Part shown: one piece after another, positions 33,049 to 44,406 of the stretch
Layout of the letters: each line of letters begins with the position of its first letter
Position numbering within the stretch: the first letter of the stretch is position 1
NCBI GenBank assembly: GCA_965603825.1
Contig: CBFDEM010000032.1
Span: forward strand, 771,078-835,077
Direction: 5' to 3'
DNA from: Blepharisma stoltei ATCC 30299
Lineage: Eukaryota; Protista; Ciliophora
Length of the DNA: 64,000 bases
The notes under the pieces: generated by a model
Databases searched by the model: none
Told to the model about the DNA's origin: nothing
Seen by the model: only the letters and a program-made list of their open reading frames with translations
Position numbers and translations under genes: made by a program

Positions 33049-36000
33049 TTAAGAAGCCGCATGGGATAATCCCAAATGCTAAAATACCACTTACGTCTGC
33101 AATTGTTTCGTTGATTTTCCTCAAGAAATGCTCACTTGTGTAGTTTCCAGGTATCATTGCCTTAAGCCTTCTTGTGTGCATGTTCATTTCTTCTGCAGCT
33201 GCATTATAAGACATTTTACCTCTTAGCGACTCAGGGACATAATCATAATTCATCCTTTGTGTCTCCATTGGCATCATAAAATGCCCATCTCTCTGAGAAT
33301 CCACTAGCCTTACTATTACAGAAACAGGGTCCAAATATTGAGGCCCTCCTGACCGTTGTGCTGCCCTCATTAAATGCTCCCAAGGACTATTATTAGTCAG
33401 CTCCGACATAAAAGGAGCAGGCACCGATCCTTTGAATAAAGGCAGCTGATAAATCCCTGAATTAATGTACCCATCTTCTGAAAAAACGGGTAATATAGTC
33501 CAGCCTACATCAACAACCTCTGGTTTCTGCTTAGCAAAGCTGACTGCTCTGATATCTATAATAATATGCATGTTTCTATCAAATAAAACATTTCTATAGT
33601 TGTGGAAACCGTCCAAAAATCTCGGGGTCGTTATAGAGCTATTCCAATCAACTTTTATAGTGAAATTCACATCTTGGGTAATTACAGTATTTGAGTATAG
33701 AGCACCAGGAGGGTTTAAGCAAAATACAGCCACATGTGGAGACTCTGTAGGAATATTGTGAATAGCGTCCACAGAGAACTTGAACCCCATTTTTGGTAGA
33801 TACTTTGCAAAATATTTCATATCAATCATAGGGGTCCTTGGTGTCACTTGCAATTTCTGGTCAATTCATTCTAGCATTTCATCATCTGTTTGGTCTAGTC
33901 TGATTCCCATTTGGTTTTGTGTCTGTGCAGTGGCGTCCCTGACTGTGATATCTCTTCTATTGACTCTTTCTTCATATAAGTATCTTTCAATCGTTGTAGG
34001 CATGCACTCTGAGGTATTATAGATCCTTTCTTCATATCTTGGAGGTGGAACCACGAGTCCTCGAGAATATCATTCATTGGGCAGCACATCTTTTGTGCTC
34101 AGGACTCTTAGGCCGCTATCTGCTTTTGGCGCTTCTCTTATCCTCACAAGTAAAGTAGCACACGGTATTATCTCCAGCTTTCTAAACGCAGAAATCCCAA
34201 AAGGTGGCTTTCTATATGGTTCCTGACAATAAATAGGTATCTGAAAATGGCCTTTATTTAATATAAAATCCTGCTCATTTGGGTTATCAGGCTGATCTCT
34301 CCTAAACTTATTAATAAACATATTAATTGCTGCATAGCCTAAAACCCTCACTTCGCTATGCTGTGTATCAATTGTCAATATAGAAATCACAATGGTCGTC
34401 GTAGGGTCAAAAATTTGTTTGCGGAATTCTGTCCTAAAACAATAGCTTGGAGAATATGCTGAAGAATTCAAATCAGGCAGCCCACCTACAGGCTTTTCCA
34501 CTTTTTCTAGGTTTGAGGTAAAAGCTTTGACTATTATTTTTGAACAGCTGATATTGTCAGGGAAAAATCTGGCTCCGTCTACGTAGAAATCGACACCGTC
34601 ACCTTTGTCGAAGTACCGGATATCGGTAAGCTGAGGTGTCTGATTTTCTAGAAATGGCTCGATTTTTTGAGGAGGCTTAAATGAGGCAAGAGACCCTGGC
34701 CGATGGACAGAGCCTAAGGACTGAGCGCGGGAGTTTGTGTCTAGCCGAGTTGTGGTAGGCTCAAAGACGGTTAGCTTTAAGGTCCCTTCTTTTTGGCGAA
34801 GCAAAGCTGGGTCGTATAGAGGGACAGCTACTGGGTAATGGTACAAATTCAGCTCAATTGTACCAAAATTAAGTGCCCGACTATCAGAATTTGTCAATTG
34901 GAAAACTGTCCATGCTACAGGTAAAAAGTTATCTGGACCAGTTGGCTTGAAATTCTGGTTCTGGCCATGCAGAAGTCCTTGGTTTACCCTTTCAAAAATT
35001 TCTACTACCAAATAATAGCTCATTTGCCAATCAGCTTGCTCAAGCATTATATAGAAATTATTCATAAATTGGGTCTCCTTATTGATTTCTATAATATTAT
35101 GTCCTTTATCAGCAGGATTTCTTAACGCTGCATTTTGCATGGCATTATTATTGATATCGCTTGCTTTTAACTTACTTTTGTCAGCCCAGATTTTGGTCCC
35201 TGGAATTCTTTTATTCCCAATACTAGGACTTGGGGAAGGGTCGTCAGCCAGTGCATTGACGATTTCGCTGGACCATCTACAGTCGTTCCCGTTGGAATCT
35301 TTTGCGACTTTTTCGTCTTCTTGAATGGTGACTTGGAATTTCAGGTGGGATTTTGATAGGAAATTTAATAAATTTTCAAGTCTTACAGCAAAGCCATGGT
35401 TTGAAATTGGGTTTAGGACTGAGCCAGCGGTGCCTAGAGAGCGAGGACGAGTGTTTCTAGACTGTGGCTGAGGGTTAAAAGGAGCTTTATTAGGCTCATT
35501 CATAGACTCGTCAAGATCCATTTTAGACCTCATAAAAGGAGGCGGATTTCTATCTAAATTATCATTGGGATACTGTTTTGTAGGGCCGAAATCTCTTTGG
35601 TCCATAGGAATCCCAAGCTTATTCATGATAACTCCTCGTTTCTGTTCTTCAAGCCATTTATCATTCATCAATTTCCTTTCTTTCAGCTCCATTTCTCTAT
35701 CAAAGTTCTTTTTCATTCTTTCCATTGACAGTTCTTGTAGCATGGCTTCCATTCTTGCCCTTATTTGTGACATTTCTTTATAGTGCTCCAATTTAGCTTG
35801 ATAAAGCTCAGAATTCTTTGGCAGCGCCGATAGCAGTTTTAGCTCAGAGTGTTCTTGGTTTATTACATTATTTAACGCCCTTTCTTCTGGTAATAAGTCT
35901 TCTGACTGCACTTCGTTATTTCCTGGAGCTCTTTCTAGGGTGTTAATTCTGTTTTGAAACTCGTTTATAGCATTTTGCATTCCTGTGTAAAATTCGTCAT

Positions 36001-37459
36001 GGTCTTTGCTGTTAAGCTTTTTTTTGATTTTTTTTAGTTCTTTTTTGAGTGATGTCATAGCTTTGTCTTCTGCTGGAGAAGTCATGGTGGGAGAGGTAAA
36101 TTGATTACTTGGTTGAGGAAAATAAGGGTTGCCTGGTGGTGGATATGGAGGAGACATATAAGGGTTGCTTGGAGGGTAGTTTGGATATCCAGGCTGATAT
36201 GGGTTATATTGGTTATTCCTTGGCATATTGTTGACATATGGATACTGCAGATCATTGCCTCCAAAATTTGGAATCATAGGCCTCTGGTATGGAACAACTG
36301 GCTGGACAATTCTTGGACTTGTGATGCTTTTAGCTGAATTTTCTCGTGAGTATTTATTCTTCCCTTCTAATGCAGCAAAATCAAATGGTTTTGCTTGATC
36401 CTTCTGAATAAAATCTTCATGATCCTTTTTCAGCTGATTTAACCTTTCATAGTCCTCTTGCCATTTATCATTTAATTTTAATAAATTGTTCGGAATATTT
36501 TTTCTGTCTGCTGAAGCCAGAGGAGTCCCTATTATTGTGCTAGCAACCAGTTTCCCTGCAGAATTTTTCCTGATAGTGCCATAATCCCCTTTTTTTATTT
36601 GGTTTAAGTCGTCCATAATTCTATCCCTTTCTAAATCAATCATCTGTTTTTTCTTACTTAACTGCTGTAGCTGGATTGCTCTTGCCCTTGCCATCTCCAT
36701 TTGTTTTTTCTGCATTAATTCCATGTTGATTTTTACACTTTCTCCTCTATTTTCTAAACTTAGCCTGTCTTTTTCAGCTTGTCACAGCCTTTCGTCGTCT
36801 ACCATTTTCCTTTGAAAATTCTCAATTTCTTGTCAAAGGTCGTTTTCTTTTACCCTCAGATTTTCTCTGTCTTCTTCTAATTTCAATAAATTATTTCTTT
36901 TTCCTGCATCCCCTGTGCCTAGATTTTTTCTATCATAATCCCTTATCGCTCAAGAAATCTGGTCTTTGTCTGCTTTAGCCCTGATTTCTCTATTTCTTTT
37001 GCCTTCTAGCTCATTCATGACATCAGAATAAATGGTTTCGTCAATCTGCCTTTTGGCTTGGTTTTCTATTTTTTCAAATCTCAGCTTAAGAATGTCGTTT
37101 TTTAAGTCTTGTTCTTTTTGTGACATTATATGATCTGCGACTTTTTCAAATTGTCGTTCATTATTGCGAACTCTGCCTCTAAGCTCTTCTAATGTGGTAG
37201 AGCCAATTTCGTCAGCTCTTTTTGCTCTAATATCATCTCTTAAATAGGATTTTACTTCGTCTATATTTGGGACAGAGTCTGCATATAAAGAATTTTTGCT
37301 GAGTCTTGACTCTTCAAGTTTCTGCTTAATTTTGCTGGGAGAGCCATAGTCAGAATCTTTACAGAATTTAGATGTGTGGTTTGCAAGCTGTTCTGGGTTT
37401 TCGAATTTTAGCTTGCAATTACGGCATTCGAAAAGAAGCTGGGGAGTTAGAGGTTTCAT
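33049..37459 (-). CDS. CCDC17-like protein (N-terminal zinc finger, coiled coil, tandem C2-like domains), ~1464 aa, one 16-nt intron
   Basis: 'FECRNCKLKFENPEQLANHTSKFC' resembles the CCDC17 N-terminal finger; repeated 'G.DFYVD...GWT.LPVF...SG.YQLPL' C2-like modules; same frame through TGA; splicing 33079-33094 gives ...ADHLGLSHAAS*. Confidence 0.75.
33079..33094 (-). other. Probable 16-nt intron GTAAGTGGTATTTTAG
   Basis: Strong GTAAGT donor, A at position 10, TTTTAG acceptor. The unspliced frame runs into T-rich UTR-like sequence. Confidence 0.7.
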
Positions 37460-37472
37460 TATTTATTTATTA

Positions 37473-38450
37473 TTAAACAGGTAAGTTATTTATTGACTGA
37501 AAATAGATAAGGGTCTGCTTTATGTCCCCTGAGTATTTGGAAAGGGTTTCTAGCACTTCAGCTTCAGAAAGGTTTCTATTAGAAAATTCTCTGCATTTTT
37601 CTACGATTTTTTGGAATTTTTCGGGGATTTTGGCTTCCTTGCTAGCAATTTCAATTTTTTCAAGTTCTGGCTGAAAGTATTCTAGTGTCAATTTTACATC
37701 GCCGTCATTTTTAGTTAAAACTTCAAGGACTTCTCTTTCTGTCACAAAATTCCCATAAAATTCTCTGCATTTTTTCACGACTTTTTTGAATTTTTCCATT
37801 ATTTTTCCTTCGCTGCTGATTTTTATTAGTCTTTCTAATTCTGAATTATCCTCAATTTCTTTTGATTTTTCTTCTTTTTTTATCGGTACAATGATTTTTG
37901 GCTTGATAATTATTTTTGGCAAAGAATAAATTTTTCGTCTTGGGGCTGGCATTAATTGGATTGAAAAGCCATTTTCAGATTTGCAAAAATCCTCTTCGGT
38001 TTCGTATTTAATAAGCTGAGCCTCATTGCTTTTAAGTTTCTCTTCATAATATTGGACATAGATGAGTCTCATCATTTCTGGGGTGTAGTTTAAGGATAGA
38101 TGGTCACTGATTTCTTTTCAGTATCGTTGGTCTTTTATGTCTCCAGGATGAGTGTTAACGTAGATTCGAATGGCTTCTTTTTCTTCGCTTGTACAATCAA
38201 CCAATAAGTCTTTATTGGTTAGAGGAACAATCACCTTTCTTTTTGATTTTTTCTGCTTAGGGAAATCTATTTTTGAGATTATTCTTTCTTTAACTTCTGA
38301 GGTATTCTGAGATTCACATAGATCGCAGCAAGCTTTATGCTTGTGCTTCCTTTTCCTTGGAACTCCCAAGACAAAACTAGTAGACAACAAAGAATTAGAG
38401 AGCTGCATCAGGGTTCTTTTAAGTGCACTTTTATGCTCTTGGGTTATCAT
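37473..38450 (-). CDS. Myb-like domain + duplicated C-terminal three-helix module (Rap1-like?), ~325 aa
   Basis: Two ORFs joined at TGA 38118. 'TSEEKEAIRIYVNTHPG...RYWKEIS...YTPEMMRLIY'; two copies of 'EKF.K.V.KCREF.....E.EVLE.L.K..GD.K.TL.YF'. Confidence 0.7.
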
Positions 38451-38524
38451 ATTTATTTATAATGGGAATAAATATATCAAAATTATTCTATTATTCAAAA
38501 CCTCAAAAGGGGCATATTTTTATA

Positions 38525-38914
38525 ATGGAAGAAGACTTATATCCTTACTCTCCAGAATCAAGTTCAGAAGGTGACAGTGCATTAAGGAATTACAAAGGTG
38601 AATATCTCTGCCCATTTTGTAGTGCTAGTTTTCGATCCCAAAAGAAGCAATCTTACCATACAATCAATAACCATCCTGAGTGTAAAGAATGCAATCTTAC
38701 TTTTAAATATAAAGACGACTTTTACCTTCATAACTTGACTGCCCATATTGAAGAAACTGTTCTTTCCAACAAGCTGCTAGCAGGTGTTAACAAATTTGAG
38801 AAAAAATGCAGGCTATGTGGAGTTGAGCTTGAAAGCCGATGTTACGCCCAAATGCATATCCAGTTTGCTCATCCTCTTATAAGGCCACTATTTAGTCATC
38901 TTCAAGATAATTAA
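38525..38914 (+). CDS. Small C2H2 zinc-finger protein, ~129 aa
   Basis: ATG 38525; three C-x2-C...H-x4-H fingers; paralog of 39000-39431. Confidence 0.85.
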   Translation: MEEDLYPYSPESSSEGDSALRNYKGEYLCPFCSASFRSQKKQSYHTINNHPECKECNLTFKYKDDFYLHNLTAHIEETVLSNKLLAGVNKFEKKCRLCGVELESRCYAQMHIQFAHPLIRPLFSHLQDN

Positions 38915-38999
38915 TAATTTTTTCCTTTAATCGCGTTAAAAATGGTATAGTCTATTTTGCATTTAATTTTTGCCCTTTTGCTATTATAAAAAAACTTAT

Positions 39000-39431
39000 T
39001 TAGTTACTTTGAAGATTAGTAAAAAATGGCTTCAGCAACGGATGAGCAAACTGTATATGAATGTGAGCATAACATCGGGTATTTAGCCTTGCGCCACAAA
39101 TTCTGCATTTCTTATCAGCTGTTAGAGTTCCAGTCAAAATTTTATTAGAAACTATTATGTCTTCTATATGTGCTGTAAGGTTATGGAGGTAAAATTCGTC
39201 TCGAAAGCGAAATCTTGATTTGCAGGCCCCACAAAATGGGTGGTCAGCTCTCATATGGTAAGACAGCCTTTTTTTGGAGGTAAAGCTTAGCAAACATATG
39301 GGACAGCCTGGGTAGTTGTTGTGCTTACGATAGATGTGGACTTTTGCTTTGTGGAGATCTGTGAATTTTTCTTTGCATACTGGGCAAGTGCATTCGAGAG
39401 GCTCTTCAGGGCAGTCTTCATAATCGGACAT
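39000..39431 (-). CDS. Small C2H2 zinc-finger protein, 143 aa
   Basis: Four C2H2 fingers; shares FYLHNLTAHIE and RCYA..HIQFAHPL with its neighbour. Confidence 0.88.
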   Translation of the reverse strand: MSDYEDCPEEPLECTCPVCKEKFTDLHKAKVHIYRKHNNYPGCPICLLSFTSKKRLSYHMRADHPFCGACKSRFRFRDEFYLHNLTAHIEDIIVSNKILTGTLTADKKCRICGARLNTRCYAHIHIQFAHPLLKPFFTNLQSN

Positions 39432-39836
39432 TAAATTAAGCCCCTCGATTTAATAAATAAAAATGGATTATAAAGTTAGGCTATTGCCTAATTAATTATT
39501 TTTATTAGATGTTTCTAAGTTTGTAGCCCATATGCCAAGTCTATTTTATAATAAAAGCTCAAGCTTTATTGGCTGTCTTGAGATCTTGATCTACATGAAA
39601 TAATTGATTGACCATTATACTGTTAATCTTTATAAAATTTAAAAATTCAGAGCCGATATTAATTAAGTTTAGTAAATTCTTACCACTTACTTCAGGATAT
39701 AGCCTTCTTATAATTGATGATAATGTGCAGGTATCCTACAAATTTGTTGCATAATAACTAAAGCACCTTAAAATATTGATCCTTCTATTATTCAATCCAT
39801 AGTTGAAAATGAGAGCAATCCAACAAATCGGTAAAA

Positions 39837-42641
39837 ATGCCTTTAAGCGATCTAAGTATCAAGAGAAAACCTGTCAGGCTTAAAAAATTACACAACTCTC
39901 AAAGCACCCGCTCAAGTCCATCACCAGAATTTAGTACCTACAGTTATTTATTACAACCGAAAACTATTGAAACTGGAGATTTATACAAAACTCACCTTCG
40001 AAAAAACTCTGTAGACCAATTAATCGATGCCAGCCCAGTAAACGAAATTCTTTCAAAAGAAGAAGCTAAGCACGAATTCCTCAAAAGCAGTTTTAAGTTC
40101 GAAAAAATAAAAAAACTGTTACTCAATCATGATTTAACCTGTGTCGAAGACTTTGTCGCAGGCTTAGAAATTTCAGGAAAGATGTTTACAGAATGCAACT
40201 GGATTTCAGGCAAAGGAAGAATTGAAGCCATAAATATCATTGCCCATCTCGTAAATTTATTATATAAAGCAGTCTCAGAGCTAATTGAAAAGAAAAATCA
40301 GCATACCAAAATAATTGAAAATTTACAAGAAGCAAACAATATTTTATATATTGAAAATAACCAAAAAAAAGACCTGCAAAACAAGCTTGACTATACCAGC
40401 GCAAAACTGCAAAAACTTGAAAAAGCAAAGCACGAGTTTTCTAGCTCAATCGGCCAAGCTCACAGGCTGGCTGATCTTGAAAAAGAAAAATTGGTCGAAA
40501 AAATAAATATTTTAGAAAAATACATCAGCGAGCTCAAAGACGTGACAAAAATCGACACAATTAATTGGGATTTAGAAAAATACAAAGAATTGTACCAAAA
40601 AACAGTCAAAGAATTCCATGCTTTTAAAAAAGATAAAGAATCAAAGTTATACAGGATGCAGCTAGAAATGGGAGAACTAAAGAGCAGCATACAGAAAAAT
40701 ACGTCATCTATTGAAAACCATGACAGCGAAAAAAAAACAATGGAAGAAAAGCTATTTTTAATTGATTTCAAAAATAAAGAGTTAACTGAAAAGCTGTCTG
40801 AGTGCCAAGAAAGGGTTGCAATGCTATATGAGGACTCTTTAAGATTCGTCGTATATAGAGATCTCTATATAAAACTAGACCAGCAGTTCAATACTATGAG
40901 ACTAAAATACAACCAGCTTGAGCTAAATATTATTGCAGGGAACGTTACTTTAAGCACTGATGGGATCATTTGGGTGTCTTTAGAAGACCCGCTATTTGAT
41001 AAAGTCCGAGGATTTATGCAGCAAGGGGTTGACCCCAAAGTATTTGAGCCTCCTGTTCCAATCCGCAAAGATAAGCGTACATTTACTGAAGCCCCTGTGT
41101 ATTCTCATAGGCATGCAAGAACAGTCACTTATTCAGAAACTCAGCTTGACCCGTCTTCAGTAGACCTAAGCCAGCTAAAGCTGAAAAAACCTGCATATGC
41201 AAGCTTTTTTGAGGTCGGCGAAAAAGCAGCAAGTTTTGAGCTGCCGTTTACTAATTGGCTGGAGGTTACTATGAGGGGGATATATGATTCTAAGTATAAT
41301 GAACAGATTTATTGCTCTTTTGAGTCTGGGAGGACTCCTTTAAGGTTCTCTGAATTTGTATATTGTTGGTTAGGCAGATTTATGATTGATTCTGGATCAC
41401 GACAAGTCAGAGAGCTCGAATGGTGAAAAAGAGAGTCCTCTGATAAGCTGCGATTGGAGCTTTTATTAGCTTTAAAACATGAAAAAGCGAAAAAAGTGTG
41501 GGAAATTCATACTTTTATAGAGTTTTTAAATGAAGAATTGATGCTTGATGAGCTGTCGTTTTTCTTACACTGCCGATTTCTACTGTTTAAAGGTCCTCAG
41601 CTTATGATTACTTCAGGGAGATTTTCTGCTTTGCATTTTGTAGCTTTAGACCGCGTTTTTGAAGTAATTGACAAAGTTATGGGAAAAATTAGCCCAAAAG
41701 ACAGATCTGAGCTTAAATCACAGCTGCAGTCAAAAGCCCGCAATAAAAATGGTTCTTTGACACTTGACTCTGGACTTGTAATTTTAATGTAGGCTTTACG
41801 AATTATGCTGGAGTATTATATACGAGAAAAAAAATGCAAATATCTTGTGATAAAAGGGCTGTTTTCGGTAGCCCCAAAGAAGCCTGATGGGACTTTGGCG
41901 TTTCAAACGTTTCGTATTATCTGTTTAAATCTTGACCCAGAAGCTAGTGAATCGCTTATTATCAAAATGTATAGAGATTTGTGGGCGTTTGGAAATGGGC
42001 AGATAAACCATGATAATTTTTTTGTATTTGCTAACGAAAATGGATTTTTCTTCCATTCATTGAGACTTAAAGGGGATGATGACCCTTTACCGCTGAATTC
42101 TTATAACGAAATTGATGATAGTACGTCAGAATATGCAAAAAGGATGAAACAGACTTTTAATACTTATACACATTTAAAGGTCCCAATTGCTTTGATTAGA
42201 GATGCGCTAAGATCGATAGGTGTTATTGATTTATTGGATAATTTCGTAAAACTAGAAGACCTAGTTAAGGCTAAATATCAAGAGCCTTTAGAAAATTACA
42301 GAGGAATGAGTTTATTAGATACTTATAAACATTTATGAAATTTAGCTATACAGTTACAAGTCATTTTTGAGCAGATTCATTGCTATAGCTCACCAGCACA
42401 AGTCCCAGACGAGGTTAAAGATTTAGAAATAATTGCCTTACCACGAGCATGTGAAGGCTTTATTGAAAGGCTTCACAAAATGACCTTGCAAAAATTAACA
42501 GCATTGGTCGCCATCAGAAAAATACAAAGAAGCTGAAAAGAAAAAGCTAAACAGAATTTAAGCCTCGCAACCACTGTCCTCAAAGGGATTAATTTACTTA
42601 AGCGTGGCCTAAAGCATCACAAAAACCAAAAATCAGCTTAA
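39837..42641 (+). CDS. Coiled-coil protein with TSNAXIP1-like/EF-hand-like C-terminus, ~929 aa, one 15-nt intron
   Basis: TGA=Trp at 41424, 42336 and 42534; intron 41778-41792; 'IYDSK...FSEFVYCWL' motif; IQ-like 'AIRKIQRSWK'; TAA at 42639. The family call is tentative. Confidence 0.7.
41778..41792 (+). other. 15-nt intron GTAATTTTAATGTAG
   Basis: GT-AG ends, A at position 10; removal deletes the TAG and joins LDSGL|ALRIMLEYY. Confidence 0.85.
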
Positions 42642-42660
42642 ACTACATAAAATAAATTAT

Positions 42661-43062
42661 TTAAAAATTCCCCAATGAATTTTGGTCGAATTTTTCTTCT
42701 GAATAATATTTAGCAGAAATTTGTCTTCCGGAATAAAATCTCCCGTTCATAGCGTTCAAGCACTTCTCAGCTGCATCAGTTGTCAAGAATTTAATATAAA
42801 CCTGCACTTTTTGAGCTTTATCAGGCTCTTCAAAAATAGTAGAGTCCTGTACAATCCCAAAGCGCTGTGATTCTTCCATTACATCTTCCATTAGATCTTC
42901 TTCTAGAGATTCATCTACCTCATCAGCCATATTAAAAAGGACGATAACTTTTGATTTCTCCCCAAAGTCTGGTTTCTTTTCTATATCTTTTTCTATTTTC
43001 GGAGCTAAAATAGCTTCTGCATAGCTATTAGGGTGCTCTGGCTGATATTCTTCTGGATCCAT
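42661..43062 (-). CDS. Stand-alone UHM-type RRM protein (PUF60/SPF45/U2AF-like), 133 aa
   Basis: 'SKVIVLFNM...LEEDLMEDVMEESQRFG.V...VYIKF...A.KC.NAMNGRFYSGRQISAKYY.EEKF' is a typical UHM. Confidence 0.88.
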   Translation of the reverse strand: MDPEEYQPEHPNSYAEAILAPKIEKDIEKKPDFGEKSKVIVLFNMADEVDESLEEDLMEDVMEESQRFGIVQDSTIFEEPDKAQKVQVYIKFLTTDAAEKCLNAMNGRFYSGRQISAKYYSEEKFDQNSLGNF

Positions 43063-43269
43063 AATACACTATTAATTATCATTTTTTACTTAAAAGTCTC
43101 AATAATTTTTCTGGTATTTTTTATTATCAATTTTTATCCCTCTCAAATAGGCTTTACGTTAATGGTAACTCGTTAAAAAAAAAAGACTTGAGCAAAAGCC
43201 AGCTCCATATTGATAACGTGCTGTTAACTTTTTAATAAATTATAATTCATATTTATAAAAGTCAGAGAA

Positions 43270-43470
43270 ATGGGAAGTTCACCAAGTCGCATTTCATACA
43301 AAAATCCAAAGCCGTCTTTTAGATGTGTAAGAAAATCACAAAGAAATGACACAAATTCCAGCCCTATAAGAAGTGATATGGACTGTTTTAAAAAGTTGAG
43401 TTCTGCATTAAATGGGTGCAGGACCCAAGCAAGCTGAACAAAAGAGTATCTTAACTACGCTAACTGTTAA
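43270..43470 (+). CDS. Candidate 66-aa microprotein with MGSSPS myristoylation-type N-terminus
   Basis: ATG preceded by A-rich context, higher GC than flanks, one TGA=Trp, TAA stop. Absent from the ORF track. Confidence 0.45.
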
Positions 43471-44406
43471 TTTTTGAATTTTCGAATAAAATTGAGCTTT
43501 AATCTAAGAAATTCTTAGCTTAAATCGAATTGCAGAATTAACTAAATTGTTTTTTACCATATTGTAGTTTCTTAAGGATAATATTTTAAATTTGAATTTT
43601 ATAGCGTTTTATAAATTAGAGTGTCTCCGAACTTTGATGCAAATTCTAAGGCAAGAATAGCTCTTAAGTTTGACTCTGATTATTGGCCAAAAATAAAAAA
43701 TTAAGCAACATTATAGAACATAAGATTTAAGATATATATAAATTTTCGCCATTCACTAGAAAATCAATAAAGCCTATTTTCTTGTGCTCAAATGTTGATA
43801 AGAATATGTTTTCGACTAAAAAGAAAACAAATAACCCAAACTCATGCAAAATTAGTTTAAACTTGGTGTAATAAAATACTGAACAAAATTGGCGTTATGT
43901 TGTGATTTTTTAAAAAAAATAACTAGGAGCTCAATGGGATTTAAAATAATTATCAATGAGAGCAAAATAAAGCTAAAATTGAATTTTTATAGCTGCTTTT
44001 AACATAATTTGTTACCTAAGCTTTCCTAACTATGACTAGTTTTTAGGCCAGTCTCCATCTTAGATTTCAGGCGAATTTTCGAAAAAGAATTTTGCATATC
44101 ACTAGTCCCCTAATCATAAAGAAATGATCAAAACTTCTTACAAAGAATTAATCCAAACATTGTTACCTGCATAAAATCTTTTTCTTTCCAATTAATTTAA
44201 TTCTTTAATTTTTAAGACCTTTATTCACAATTTTCTTTGACTTCAACCTTTTCTCAGCCGAATTCACAATGAATAAAGCATTCTCATTAAAATTAATCCA
44301 AAACTCATAATATTAGTGGTCCATTTCACTAAATAGAAATCCATTTTAAAGATATCAGACATCTTTTTCTACTTAAAATCTTAATCCAAATATTACTCAT
44401 TTACTC

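Noticed and set aside
32942-33094. Hydrophobic transmembrane-like tail of ORF 32942-33853
   Set aside because: Better explained as read-through of an unspliced 16-nt intron into T-rich 3' UTR.
43028-43035. Internal telomere unit TTAGGGTG
   Set aside because: A single 8-mer within coding sequence (His-Pro-Asn); expected by chance.
44031-44118. Possible hairpin or mini-element bounded by GACTAGT...ACTAGTC
   Set aside because: Only a 7-bp match built on a palindromic hexamer; no target duplication, second copy or tRNA/snoRNA boxes.
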